DNA of 64,000 bases from Octopus sinensis (GCF_006345805.1 NC_043000.1:145080001-145144000), one strand, 5' to 3'. Shown: positions 1 to 14,585, counted from the first letter of the stretch. The notes: a model not told the origin generated them from the letters alone. Translations and numbers: made by a program.

Positions 1-1342
1 ATAGTGATAGTGAGACAACAGAATCTATGCTTACGTTGTAAACGTATTCTTTCTTCTTTCGAAAATACCTTTAGATTTAAAGCTTGTAATTCTGAATGGT
101 AATTTAATTTTGAGTAGTGCCTATGATATATATGAAAGCTTTGCAAAATCAGCTGGATTGACGTTGTCAATGTTTCTAACGCTGCCACAATATAACGCGC
201 GAAACAAGCCTAAAAGAAGAAATCTGCCTTATCACTTAACAAATAAGCATTTTCCCCTTTTAGTTCAACAAATGTCTTTCTCAATTGGTGTCGTTTAAAA
301 GCTAACCACTAAATATTTCAAACGGAAGTTGTCTTCATACAATGGAAATAGCATTAGAATAAAGTGTGTTAATATTCACATAGAGTGAGAGTAAATCGAA
401 TCATATCCCTCAATAACAAAATATTAGAACCATATTTTGCTTTCTGTAATGGAAATCTTCTGTGGGAGTGAAAGATTTGGAGTGACGCGGAAGACTCCTC
501 CTGATGAAGAAACATCGTGTATTTGTTTTCCTGTATCTAAAAGATTTAAGGGTACTTCCAGTTTCAAAAAATAAGATTGAGATATTACATTGGCGAATAT
601 ATCAATGGTTTCTGCTCTTGAAGACAGTTTGGATTTTAGAGGGTACTGTTTAGATTCTGAGGAACCGATGTAGAATCGGAAAAGGTTGAGGCGGAAGGAA
701 AACAACGAAATCTGAATCAGTGTCTGTCGTGTTAGATGCAATATTTTCTCATTTAGCATCTATATACGTAGCGAAACTGAAGTTGTTGGGATTAGAGAAA
801 ATTTGTCAAAGCTTTGCAGGGTAGAATTTTATGCCAAGCAAGCAGTGAAAGAGAAAACGTGGAATAGGGTACTGATGATCAGAGAATCATCGTTGATGTA
901 AAGTTCGTTGTAAAATATTCCTGCAATTTAATTATTATTTTTTTTATTATCTGAAACTGAAAAGAAACGTGTGGTAAATATCTCTAAAACTCGGAAGCTT
1001 CTGTAACACATATATGACAACTACATCATATTGCAAGGAAAACTATGTAAGAATGTAATTTTGTCCTATATCAGCCTACCTGCAGTGGCGACAGCAGTTG
1101 TAACACGTACAAAATTAGCGGTAAAAACAGTAAACAATAGCATCAGCTGTAACAATAGGAGTAAAAATGTAAGTAGTAATGCGTGTTTACCTATACAACA
1201 ATATATCTTCTTACCCGCATATGTATACGCACACACACACATGCACAAACAAGCACATACACACACACATGTATATGCAGAAAGAGAGAGAGAGAGAGAT
1301 GCACATAAGCGCTGGCGCAAACATGAATGAATGTTAACAATA

Positions 1343-1735
1343 TCTTTATATATAAAAGTGAAGTTGTGTGTCTGTCTCCTACAATTTAGATTCCTAAGTA
1401 CTCCCACATTTTGCGGTGCAGTGTAACCAAAAGCGGGTATCTTATAGTCGTGATTCATATCGAGCCTTTCTGGGTATTAACGCGCGTCTACGATGAGTCT
1501 ACGATTTAAAAAAAATTACCATCGTTTTTTCCCATTTTTAATGCATTTTTTTGCTATTATATAAGGGATGTAACTCTCTAAAAATGTATTATTAAATCTC
1601 AGAACGTAAAAAGCTACAGTAATACCGCCCTTTGTGGTTAGCCATATTGAGATGGCTATTAAACTTTACATCTCTAAAAATTCCTAAAAAGTTATTTCCC
1701 TTACAAACCCGAGCAACGCCGGCCGATACTGCTAG
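1343..1735 (+). mobile_element. Non-autonomous Helitron-like element
   Basis: Starts A|TC at 1343. Ends with the GC-rich imperfect hairpin cccgagcaacgccgg, then CTAG|T at 1732-1736. No TSD, as expected for Helitrons. Confidence 0.7.
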
Positions 1736-2329
1736 TATTATACAAAATCCAAATATCCATATCGCACATCTTCTTCGATATCTTTGTATACATAGGGATA
1801 TATAGAAAAATAAATCTCAAAGTATTGGCAAAAGGAACTGAGTGTGTTTGCCTGTTTCAATGGCATTTGTTCCATTTGTTGTTTGCCGATGGCTTACTTC
1901 AGAACTTATAATCAATACTGTAATGTCCAGGTAGCTATATTTGATTAGCAAGCGAAAAGGTGCCGATAAACGTTAAGGTGGTAAACTTTAGATTTTTCCT
2001 TGTTTAATAATTAACTGTATTTCTAATAACACCGCTGCTAATAATGTTAGTAATGAAGATTCCTTTTGTCAAGCTCGAGAGTCTCTCACTCTTGGGACAT
2101 TGTTCTGCGTGATTAGATTATGATATTTCTTAAAGTAACATCTCTGTGCTGTTATATATATGTAAGTCTGAATCAATATATCTGAGTGTATTCGCCATCG
2201 TGAAAGCAATTTTATTCCTATTTTATTTATTTTTAGCTATTCTATTATGCATTCTCACCTCAATATTTCTCAATTAATTTTTTGAAAAATTTCAAAATCT
2301 CTTTTTCTGAAAGCCTTGTTTACAGAAAA

Positions 2330-3560
2330 ACAAGAAAAACTGTAGGGCGCGTGAGTAACATTTTTTAGGAATCCACCTATTTGAGATGAATGTCTTGCAA
2401 CAAGAGCGGTAATCTTGGTAATAACAAGAAAAACATCAACAAAAACAAAATCTTTGCTGCAATGAAGACAGACCTTTTGACATATTTTGAAACAGGAGAA
2501 ATCTGAGCCAAAGGAAAATCTTCTGCGTGGTGGCTTAACAATAATTGAAGGGTGAACGGATACAAGTGTGTTTGTAGAATTAATATTATAACATAGACTG
2601 ACATCATTGCGACGACAATCTTCTCTCGTTTTCGGACCATTCAGGAATTAATTCCCTACAAAAAATAGTTGCTACAATAATATTACATTATGTTGTAATA
2701 TTCTGAAAGCATATTGAAATATGGAGCTAGGGGTAACGTTAAACACGTGGGTAGTAATGTCTGAATTTTTTAAGACTATTCAGGTCAGTATTTTATGAAT
2801 AACTTCGACTACACAAGTAAAACGATAAAAATGATACCCGTCTAAAAATAACGTAGAGAGAAACATACAAAATAACAGTAGCCATGAAAGGAGTGCATAA
2901 ACAGATTCAGCACTTAATATTTTACTTGAAAGTGAGGTAGGGAGCGCATTGTTTAGAAACACGTCCTCTGTTGACTAAGCTAAGAAAAAGCCATTTTGGG
3001 AAATATGTAGTGATTTTCCCGCAGATATGGCTTAAATATATTTGTTCATCTCAACTTAAATGAAGTACATCCCTTATTTACTAAATTGCGCAGAAAACAG
3101 AAATTACTAGAGATGAAGCATTTTAAAACATGTAGGATGTAAATATTTCCATGTATTGTTTCAAAGAGAAAAAATATGATAGAAATCACTTGTTTTGTAG
3201 ACAGGCAGGGAAATGAGAGAAAAGGAATAGCTACAGACATACTGCTGATACTCTGAAGATCGCAGGAACGTTTTTAGTAGTAGTAGACTTTACAACACAA
3301 AAAGGAAGCATTTGATATGAATATACGATGAAGACAATTGACATGACATGTTATTGCCGAAAGTTTTCACGTGATGGTGTGCAAATTATATTGGAAGTAT
3401 AAAAATAATCATTGGTTGAATTACATATACTTGGATTCAGAGATTCTTGTAGGTATGGAAAATGATACAGATTTCATAAATAGCCGTTTCCATGGACATA
3501 AACATAAAATGTGCTTCGGTTTCTAAAACGCAAGAGCCGGCTTGTTGTGAAAAGTAACCT
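2330..3560 (+). pseudogene. Very degraded DNA-transposon coding relic, XPG/PIN-like region resembling AcademX transposons
   Basis: Ordered broken motifs read across frames: MKTDLLTYF (NK.EL..FL), *TDTSV (EADTR), *TDII (DTDV), TSS..AKKKPFW (TS..GKK..W), CANYIGSI (RA.Y...W). Many stops and frameshifts. Confidence 0.35.
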
Positions 3561-4781
3561 AAATAATACGAATTGACTGAAAAGTATATATAAAACAATG
3601 TAATGATGAAAAATGTGTATTGGTTTTATTTTTAACTCTCTATCCACACTACATTAAGCAATGTGATATTGCTCTTTTATGATGTGAAGGTGAGATTTGA
3701 AGGTGGTTTGCCATCTTTATCAATTTTCGCAGCATATAAAACACTTTCATTCGTATCTCGTTACTTAAGTTACCGTTTGCACATCTGTTGCAACAGCATA
3801 TAAACAACGTATTCGTTATTGAACCGATGTATTAAATTGTAACTACAGGAGTAGTTTGGGTCCCGAAGCGCTGATAAAAAGTGACACTGGTGACATACAT
3901 TCCTTGTAAAGCTACTTGCATAACAGCAACGTTTGGCGAATTTAAATATTAAAATACAAGATTTAGCTTCAGGTGCACTGACTCAGCACGCTGTCGATGC
4001 TATGGGGTCAGGGAAATTTACCGAATAGAATATTAGTATTCTTGTATATATGCTCGTATTTTAAAATAGAACAGAACAACAGTTCTGGATTTAACCTCAT
4101 AAATATAGATGTAAAATACATACAAATAAAGAAGTAAAATGCATAACAGTATAACGTGTTGCCAAACGTGTTGTAGGTATGGTATTATTTGGAGACAAGA
4201 TTGTATTTAGTATCCGTGTAATTTTTTTTTTACATATAATCTATTTCTATTTCTCTTTGTTCATATTCGTTCCCGTACGCATCACATATGCATAAACGCA
4301 TATAAATGCATATCAGTGCGTGTAACATATACATAGACACAAACATGTGTTTATAATATATTTATATATATATATATAATTATGATAAAGACAACTACTG
4401 TGTCGCGTCACATGATACAAATAGACGGCAACTGGCTCTAAAACTACCTTATTTATTACATAGACACGGGTTGAAAGCGAAGGAAGTGAACAAAAAAGAT
4501 TTTCTTAAAAGGTTTTGAAATAGATCAATTTCTAGTTTAGAAGTAGTGTGGGGCCCGGAGCGTTGATAAATATAGGTTTTTATCCTTCTTAATAATGATA
4601 AATACAAATTCACTTCAACCAATTTATTCGCTGCTGAATTATTTTGGTTATTAACACGTGGCTGAGATGAACGAATAAGATTTAATTTGTATATAATTGT
4701 GAACATTTGTATATGCACTGTGGATACGTTGTGATCGTATGGCGCGTAGAAATCTTTCTAATTATCTACTATGAGTTATGT

Positions 4782-4834
4782 CATACTGAAGACGGTAAAT
4801 GCTATTACATCTCTAAACTAGAAAGCGATCTATG
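4782..4834 (+). ncRNA. Degenerate type I hammerhead ribozyme motif
   Basis: CATA-CTGAAGA(4786-4792)-cGGT...ACTa-GAAA(4821-4824)-GCGA-TC-TATG. Stem I is CATA/TATG; the closing pair of stem II is mismatched. Confidence 0.5.
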
Positions 4835-5598
4835 CCTAAACCGTTAAAAAAAATCTTTCTTTGTAAATTTTATGCTTGGAAAATTATAATTGTCACTAAA
4901 TGCGATTAGGGTGTTAAAACATCTACATTGCTAGAAATAAGAGCTAATATGCACTAATGCTGTAGTTAAAGCTCTTGAGTGAAAACATTATACTAACAGG
5001 AACTATAATTATCCGAAAAATGCCGATCCAGAATTCATAAGACTAACGTCAATTTCAGCAATTTGTGAAGCCATCAAGAGTTAAGCCAGCTCTGTGTTCG
5101 GATTTCTTTAGTCCTGTTTCTTTATTGGTATATATATTTTCGTCATCCAAAGTATTGGATGATTTAGCGATTCGCTAATGTGTATACACAAAATAAATAT
5201 AAACAGCAGTTTGTCATGTTTCACCTAAAAGGAGAATCATAATTGTCACTGAATGTGAGTAGGGAGTTAAAAATTATGGACAATTATGGTCCCTGTTAAT
5301 GTATATGCGCTGATTAGCAAATTGTTAAATGATCCTTTAATTTGTATGACCAAAACATATACACTAATAGAGGAATAGGTCTGGAAACATCCGAACACTG
5401 AGTTGGCTTACCTCGTGACGGCAGCGGAAATTGCCGAAACTGATGTCAGTCTTAAGAATTCTCGGTCGGCATTTCGTCGGACAATTATGCTCAATGGAAG
5501 TGTATTTGTTTTCATTCATGCTCGTTAACTACAGCATTAGAGCATTTAGCTCTTCTAGGAATGTAGGTGTTTTCAATATCTACACATATACACACACA

Positions 5599-5673
<75 letters not shown>

Positions 5674-6399
5674 ATGTGTGTATGAATTCATATATATCTG
5701 TGTGTGCTTCGCTGTGTTTGCTTATACATCTATACGTTCTTACAAACATAATATAAAATTATATATCGAGGTTCAACCAATCTGCTTGCATGGGGGACGT
5801 TGTAATTTGGTACTCAATGCATGGGAAACTACCAAGGCGATTTTGATCAGAATATTCAATTTACTATATGTCCAGAAGTTTAGGAGTTTGTCAAATTTTC
5901 TCCAGTAACCGCAGAGAAGTATAAACAATTTATTTTCATGAAAAGTGCAACGTATTGTCGGTATAGATCGGTGAAACACAGCGTTGTGTTTGTCAATTCG
6001 CAAGACGGAATCCACCCTCCACACCGTAAACGGCACTGTTGAACTCATCCTTCTACACTGAATTCATATTTCCACGAATTAATGTGGAGCTGGGGCTGCG
6101 AAATACGAGAGAAGACTCCTGCTGTGTGACCAATTAAGTTATTTGAATGGCTACATACTATAACTGAAATGTTTATAACATTTTTATCATTATTAATCAT
6201 TAAACGCTTTTCGCTATAAGCATGCAAAAGAACATCAATCTAGACAACTTGAAATTCTTCAAGTAGTCGGATGATACTTAAGAAGATCCCTGACATCAGA
6301 TAGTTTTTGCATGATGTAGAATTTCCTAGGAACATTTATGAATTGACTTTCATTTGTTTATATTTGATTAGCTTTTATAGTTTTATCAATATTCTAATA

Positions 6400-7511
6400 T
6401 CTCTATATATCCAAAACTGAGAATGCGTGTCTGTGTGTTTCCCTAAAACATGAGAACTACACAACCAATCTCATTCAAATCTTACACATGCCTTACTTAG
6501 GGTCCGGGGAGTGTCATCGGCAAAAGATGTCCAACTTCTTGCCTAGGGCGAGCCCATAGCAATATCAATATCATAGCATATCACTATTTCAGTATTACGT
6601 GTTAAAAGTGAAACAAAAACATTTCTCTATTTTATGTCAGATACTTTCACTTTAACAATAAAAATTAGAGAATTATATGTAGTAAGTAGTAATTAAAATC
6701 AAACTAAAGTATAATATAACCGTAACATAACAAAAGTAAAAATAGCAATTGGTATAAAATTGCATCAATGACTTGAACTTGAATAATTGGTTTCACATGA
6801 ATGGGAATAAATTAAAAATAAAATTAGCGTGCAGAAATGGAATAGTCCAGATGGAGGTGTGCAATACCCTTTACCACGGCTTTTAGATTATCTGCTAATT
6901 AGCTAGCATTAAGTATCTATATGTAGTTTGGCTGTATGTAATATCTGTTCTTTTCGAACAACGCTTCTACTGAGTACTGTTATTATTATTATTGTTTAAC
7001 TATTGTTATCACGTTTGTTGGTTCCTCGTAAGGGAAATGTTGTTGTGTTGCATTTGTTAAATAATTGTAAACTTTAACCCTCCTCCTTTGGAAGAAGGGG
7101 CTTTGGTTATTGTTTAAAAATTGAATTGTGTCCCTGTTTGGGGAAATTGAGAATATTTTCACCGTTTACACGGAAGCATTTTTGTTAGAATGCCTTCGAT
7201 AGAAGAAAGTCCAAAAATGGATTTCGCTGCAGCCCTCGGCTGGCGCGAACTCATTAAAATTAAAATGGAGGAAATACAAACCTATTTCGGACTGATCACC
7301 GACAAAGACAGTGAATCTAGGATAACACCACCAAACGAAATAAAAAATTTTGAGTATTGATATCACTAGCGATATCAAGATATAACTTTGTATTTTGTAT
7401 TTTATGTGTAGATGTATATATATAGATGTACATGTAATATGTACACATATATATACACATATATACATGCACTAGCACTATGACCCGGCAACGACGGGTC
7501 ATACTGCTATT
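6400..7511 (+). mobile_element. Non-autonomous Helitron-like element
   Basis: 5' TCTCTATATAT...GTGTCTGTGTG start resembles the 1343 element. 3' hairpin tatgacccg-gcaacga-cgggtcata followed by ctgctat (degenerate CTAG). Confidence 0.55.
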
Positions 7512-8489
7512 ATGTTATAAATAAGAATAAACATTTGTTTTATAGAGTCGAATATAACTGTGTTATCTGATATATCATTAATTATTTCTATTAAAATATA
7601 TAATAACTTTTACTGAACAACTGTATTTAAACTTTCGTAAGTTTCTTTCTTTCGTGTATGGAAATAATTGAGAATATTTATTTGAAAATCAATAGCGACA
7701 TTTCGTGCTTAAAATATTATACATTTAAAAGTAAATCTAAATGCCTTAATGTTTAAAATTCACTGAAACGTTATATAAACTAAATTATCAGAAGAGGTAA
7801 AATTTATCATGTCACCACACACTGCATCGCAGTAGACATCGGAGCGAAACTCTAACATTGGCCCTTGGCGTAAAATGCATTCTTGCTTATACAGCTCGTG
7901 GGGAGAAAACTTCCCGCCAACTCCAGAGCCGGTATTGTTCAGTTCAGTGGCAGTAAATAAGGCGCATGTCTGCTCTGAATACTTGACTGGTGCTTTGTTT
8001 TATAGAGCTGGTGGGATGATTATACAGAGCCGGAAGTGCCCAAAAAGCTTTAGTATTCTGACACTGCAACAAGTATTGCAATTCCACCGCACCATTTGTG
8101 TACGTAAAAATAAGGATAAACAATACATTTTAAGTAATATAATAGAGGTGGTGTCTATCCCTCGATCAAGACACACGTATTCGCTGCGTTTAAATAAATA
8201 CATGTATCACGTCACACTTCATTTTCAAGTCTGTAACATCTAATCTATTTCAGTTTTGTATTCCTCACTCATGCATCCGTATATGTTATCCTTGAATCCT
8301 TCGAAGATGTCCTCATTTGATTTCTTAATTGGTTTTAGTTGCTAAACCATTAGAACCTAAATATACATACTGGTTGATAAATAGATCGTAGGCAAGAAAT
8401 TGAAAAAGGAATAAAAGATGCAACTTGTCAATAGTTCGCTGATTCTCTATCTGCCAGTCTGTATGTTTGTTTGTCTGTGTGTGTACATC

Positions 8490-8526
8490 TCTCTTTCTCT
8501 CACTCACTCTCACACACACACACTCA

Positions 8527-8624
<98 letters not shown>

Positions 8625-8631
8625 ATGTCTG

Positions 8632-8701
<70 letters not shown>

Positions 8702-8720
8702 ATCTATCTATCTATATATA

Positions 8721-8779
<59 letters not shown>
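8490..8779. repeat. Compound microsatellite (CT/CA)n-(TCTA)n-(TA)n
   Basis: Direct reading. Explains the spurious LSIY/IY ORFs. Confidence 0.95.
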
Positions 8780-8780
<1 letters not shown>

Positions 8781-8899
8781 CAGTTCGGCAAAAGTGACCG
8801 ATAGAATAAGTACTGTCACGGGGTCGAGTTGCTCGATTAAAGGCGGTGCTCCAGCATGGCCGCAGTCAAATGACTGAAACAAGTAAAGGAGTAAAGGAA
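8779..8899 (+). mobile_element. 3' fragment of tRNA-derived SINE family A
   Basis: gcagttcggcaaaag...ggcggtgctccagcatggccgcagtcaaatgactgaaacaagtaaa, the reverse complement of the tail of the copies at 19.7 and 22.7 kb. Confidence 0.8.
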
Positions 8900-10989
8900 T
8901 ATATATATATATATATATATATGTCTGTCTTTCTGTCTCTATCTATTCCCTGTTTGTCTGTGTCTCTATATATCTATTTCTGTCCTTCTCTCTCTCCCCC
9001 TCTCTCACTTACTATCTCGCTTTTTCTCTCTCCCTGTCTCTCGCTGTCTCTCAGTACAGGTATATGTAAGTATACATGTAATTATGTATGCATATATACG
9101 TGCATACACACATGCGCACACTCATTCATCATATGGTTAACTTCCGGGTATGCCACCTACAAATATAAAAAGGACCTACACAAAAAATGCGCAATCACGG
9201 TTCGATACTCTACAGGACGACATCCAAATAACAAACAATATCTACTTATAACCAAAACACCAATTTGTATCTCACATTTACAATTTCGAAAGCAGTACAT
9301 CACACCTCAGAGAAGCGTAGGTGCAAGAGCATCGTGTAGTATAGACTCGATTGAAGATAATGAAAGAAATACTAAACTCATTTATGCCATGAAGAAAGAA
9401 GAGGAGGATGAGGATGAAAAAGAAAAGAGAAAGAGCAGATGATAGTAATGGTTAAGACGACGACGACTATGACGATGAGGATGATAATGGGGAGATGTAA
9501 GGAAAGCAACTAGAAGATGGAGGAAGAAGAGCTATTATAAGATGGAGGAAGATAAAGAAGAAAAAGAAGAATTTACAACGACAACAAAACACATTTTTCA
9601 ATGATGATAATCATAAGAAATTTCTAACACAGCTGCCGCACCAATCGTCACAATGGTAAAATAGAGTATTCTTAAGTAAGAATAAATAAAAACGTATTAT
9701 AGGAAACAAAATATTAATGTTGAGAAGAGGAAGAGATACAGAGATAAGAAAAAAATCATGGACGGAAATGAAAATACGGTGTTTTTTTCGTATTTGACTT
9801 CCCTTTAGTTATCTCTCTCATCTTGTAATTCAATGAAATCACCAGGAATATCTTTGAAATGCAACAAACATTTTATGCACATTAAAATACAAGATTTCCA
9901 CTTATATTTGTTGTTCAGTTTTACTATAATATTTGAATTTAGCGTAGTGCATATTTTATGAGGCATACACGGAAATATTTGCAAACTACCACTCAGAAAG
10001 ATGACGTTTTACTTACTTGCTTTCTGGACACCTCTTCAAATAAATATTATTCTATATGTGATATCGAATATATTATACTTTCCTAGCGTGGTGACTATAA
10101 GTATATCTACATATACACACACAAACACACACACATGAACACACACGCGTGCACGCATACACATACTCACACAAATACACGTGTGCGCACAGTTACTGGG
10201 TGATACACATACAAATACTCGCACACAGACATAAACATGATAAATAGATAGATAAATCGTTGCATACATATAGTGCGTATCCTAGCATATCATACTATAT
10301 ACAAGCATACACACACACACACATACACACACTTATACATACAGGCAAAAATGTAAATCTCTTAAAATTACATTTATGCTTATGCTATTTCTTTTAATTT
10401 TATCTGATATTATACTCAAAGCAGATTTAAATGCTGTTCAACTTGAAAACTTTCTGGTGAATAAAATAGTACAATTGTATGTATAGAATTTATGCAAATT
10501 TTTTATTTCTTTCTAATTCATTGCAAAGTTCAGAAATGAATAGCTATGTTTAATGCGTTCCTTTGATACAATATCTATTTAGTTTATATTTTATGCCGCA
10601 CATAATTCGAAAGGTTCATATTGTATATTCCATTTCATGGATGAGAAGAAATCCTAAACGTTCAGTGAAAACTATTATATTTTGGATATCTGTGGAAATA
10701 TATACATCTTTCCGTCACCTAACTTGCCATGATAATGTAAAACTGTTCCAGATATGTAAATTTGATGTCTCTGCTCCGGCTGCGTCAAAAGTGTCGTGTG
10801 CATGCATATATTTACCTTTGTACGAGGTAGTATATGAATGTTCCCGGTCTAGTTAAGCTTAATAGAAAAATAATTTATTTTCCTGTGTTGTAACATCATC
10901 TTATTCGTAATAGTCAGTTTGTGCAGCCAAGCAGCGGGCATACCGTTCTTGCCTCATGTAGAATCTGGCTGGAAGTCGTTTTCTGTAAC

Positions 10990-13710
10990 CGGGTCGACGA
11001 GCATCTGACCCCTTTAAATTTCTCTTCGTGCGCTGCATAAGGTAATATGAACTATTCTACAACGCTCCACATTCATCTGAGGAAGAGGACTGCTTCACCG
11101 ACCTATACCGCCAACCATCCCAATGGACCCTAGCTCCAGGCCGGTTCCAAGCAGTTGATCCTTTTGCAAGCATCTGCTAAAGTATTGTGGACTGGTACAG
11201 CTTTCGCAGGCGTCCCGGACATATTAAAATTTCCCCGCCCGAACTCTCAGCCCTAAGATGTCTCCGACGCCGCAAAAGTATCACCATAAAACCATCCGAC
11301 AATGGTAGAACTGTGGTGGTGTGATGCCTACTGCCCTCTACATTCCAACCCCATGCCTAACTACCAACTGGGCCTTCCACTATTCATGACCTCATTTCCT
11401 CCTCCGGTATGCCTCCACCTCCTTCAGCCTCGTTGTCCGAACTCTATGCATCCCCAAATTCACAAGTCCAACAACCCTGGCCGCTCCATTCTCTCCGCCT
11501 GCAACTGTCCAACAGAAATTGTCTCCAAATACAACAACCATGTCATTGCCTCCCTGGAGGCTTCCCACTCTTCCAGTAGCAACGCATTAACCATGCTGTT
11601 CGTGTTTTTTAACGCTTTCTCCTTCCCTTGAAGCCCCTCTAAATTTCTCTTCATTCTTGATATCAGGAGTTTATATACAGAGATCCCATACAACGGAGGA
11701 CTTCTTGCGCTGAAACAATTTTTGGACCTTATCCTTGCCCGCCCCCTCACCTCCACACTTCTTCGTCTGGCCGAACTTGTTCTCTCCCTCAAGTGCTTCT
11801 CTTTCGCGCGAGATTTTTAGCATACATGCTCGAGAGTGGTCATGGGAATGAAAATGGTTCCCATCTATGCGAACTATTCATTGACTACTTTGAAACACAA
11901 ATGTTCTCACAATTCACTGGTCCCAATCCCGAACTACACGACCGTTATATCGATGAGTGTATCGGTGCGCCATCACTCTCAAGTGAACAACTAGACTCCT
12001 TCCTCTCTTCTATCCAATCCTTCCATCGTACCCTCGAATTCTCCTGCACTATTTCTAATTCTTCCATCGGATTTCTCGTCACTTCTGTCAGAATACACCA
12101 TTCCGCCCTCACTACTTCAATCCACTACAAACACACTGACGGACACCCCTACCGTAACTTCTCCTCGTACTACTCTACCCACACCAAGCTCTCTATTCCC
12201 AACTCCCAATTCCTCCGTCTGCGCAAGCTCTGCAGTGACAACCATGACTTTGAGACTCGGTCTCAACTCATGGCTCATCACTTAGTGGATATCCCCACAC
12301 CACTATCCACACTTCCCTTGCCAAAGCACGATATGTGGACTATGCATCTACTCTTTCGCCTCATACCGGCACCGCTTTTGCCGTCTCCAGTGTGCCCTAC
12401 CCTACCACCTCTCCAACGCACCAACGTCAGCCTTCCACAACTTCAGTCCGGCCCCTTCATCTCGCACATCTTCCCCAACCTACAAAGGAACCCATAACAT
12501 GCCTAACCTCCTTGTACATAGTTTGTTCCCTAAATCCACCTACCAGCCTGACTCGTTCACCCCCTCCTGCCCCCGCTGTCGCACCTTCTCTTACTGCTCC
12601 ATCACCACCATCCTCCAAGCACACATCATGGTCCCTCTCATATCACCAACTCCATTACCTGCACGTCTACCAGCGTCATCTCCTGCTCTCTCTCTCTCTC
12701 TGTCCTTCCCTGTAAATCGGTCAAACGGGACGCCGCTTGGCATCTCCTAGGCAGCAGATTCAGCAATGACACGCCGGTCACGTGACATTTCCGCTCTACC
12801 TGTCATTTGCTAGAACATCTGTCTGGCTCCCGGCTGTCTTTGCACAGGAGCCATCAGGACACGCGCCTTTACTATGGATAGTTATTAATCTTCTCTCTTC
12901 GCTCCTTTGCGCCACCTGAGCTCAATTCACCTCCTCTCTTCATTTAACACCAACCTCAAATCCTCTCTTCATTTGATAACAACCCCACATCACTCCACAC
13001 ACACTAACACTAACCACTTCCCAGCACCCATGCCACACATCATCACCGACACACCGACACACAGTATTCAATAGCGTCACCACAGATACCATTATATGAG
13101 CCTCGAAAGACATTGTCTAACTCAGTAAACATACACAACACTCCCATACCAACACTCATATACTCAAACAAGTAGATAATACCTGAACAGATGCTATATA
13201 TATACATACACACGGAACACGCATTAAGACACGTAATTTACATATACAAATATAACTTTCGTCCACATATATATACCATACACACTGTCTGGTCACAGAC
13301 ACACACACACACCAGGTGAGAAAGCAAACATCTACAGCTACACACACACGTTACACACTTATACAATCACACACGCCAGAGTCACTCACCCCTATTCACA
13401 CATACACTCACTCACAAATATGATTCTCACATATACATACACGCAAACGCTCCTTTTCTTGGGATCACTAGCACTTTATCTCCCTTTTATTCAAAGTTAT
13501 TTTGATAGTATTATTTTCCCTTTCTTTATATTTCCCCAATCATTCATCATGCTGGACAGCTAACATCTACAAATCCTTTTTCATCCTCACTCCCTTTATT
13601 TTCTCTTATTCCTTTCTGTTGAAGAGCGAAGACTCGAAACATAAAAGACCTTTTCATTTTCCCGAGCGTCAAACTAATAAATTGCTTGTTTTTCTATAAA
13701 TTTTAACTAT
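10990..13710 (+). mobile_element. Degraded Penelope-like element (RT + GIY-YIG relic + 3' pseudo-LTR)
   Basis: Frameshifted PLE RT motifs: TIKPSDNG, IHKSNNPGRSILSACNCPTE, LDIRSLYTEIP, RYIDE, IHYKHTD, SIPNSQFLRLRKLCS. GIY-YIG-like GQTGRRL near 12.72 kb. HHR-like motif at 13612-13647. Confidence 0.85.
13612..13647 (+). ncRNA. Variant minimal hammerhead motif (CTGTTGA core) in PLE pseudo-LTR
   Basis: CTTT-CTGTTGA-A-GAGC-gaag-ACTC-GAAA-CA-TA-AAAG. A related partial copy lies at about 47761-47786 (ctttctgttgaagaccctaggctcga). Confidence 0.5.
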
Positions 13711-14557
13711 ACACACACACACATGCACACACGCATACACACATACACACACACACACGCACACACACACACACATATATATATATAAATTTGACATAGG
13801 CGATTCTTTCTTGTCTTGGGATTCATGGTCAAACGGTTCGGTGGAATTGCGCAATAAATTACACAGATGTGTGGAATGATCCGGTCGTGATACTGGGCCT
13901 TGTATTTACTTCATACCTCCCTTGGTTACTGAGATAATCTACTATAATGATACTCTTGTGTTTATGAATTAGAAAGGAAGGGGGTGATGTCACACTTGGT
14001 AGTGGAATGATGAAATAGTACGTCGAAAATATAAATCAAACAGCGTTTCAACGCTGTGTGAATATATGTGTGTGGATGTAAACGAGGTGTGGATGTGTGT
14101 GTGCGTGTCTGTGTGCGTGTGGGCGCGCAATGGAAGTGGGATGTTTTGTGAAGTCGTTCTTTGTAGTGTTTCAGTTATTTGTTTTCCAGTTTGAGACCGC
14201 TTTTTATCCTTTGGTTTTTAAATTTTGTGTAATATTTCGCATTGAAGTTGAGCCATCGAATATTGTTCAGCTATTATTTTTTGTTGTTTTTTTACCTTTG
14301 AAAATTTTAAAGTATTTTTACCCATTTTTTTTTTTTCTTTTAATTTTTGTTTTACTATTTATGTTTGTTTCTATTGTTTTGCATTTTGTTCGCTTTCTAC
14401 GTAGGTTTATTTCTGATTTGGTTGAATATTTTTTTTGCCCAGTTATTTTTAGCGTTTTGACAGAAAAAATCATCTAAATTTGTTTTTTAACCGTAGCGTA
14501 CCCAAACAAGTCGAATGCTCACAGAGAGCTGGTTTTACAGCCACAACATCCTAAACG

Positions 14558-14585
14558 ACCGGGTGAAACCGGGTTTAGCTGCTAG
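14558..14585 (+). mobile_element. Helitron-type 3' terminus
   Basis: accgggtgaaaccgggt imperfect hairpin followed by ctgCTAG|T, the same ending as the 1343 element. Confidence 0.55.

Noticed and set aside
424-930. Minus-strand ORF (111 aa) preceded by a possible splice acceptor (ttgcag) near 921
   Set aside because: Stops in all frames nearby, no recognisable domain and a weak pyrimidine tract; a host exon cannot be supported.
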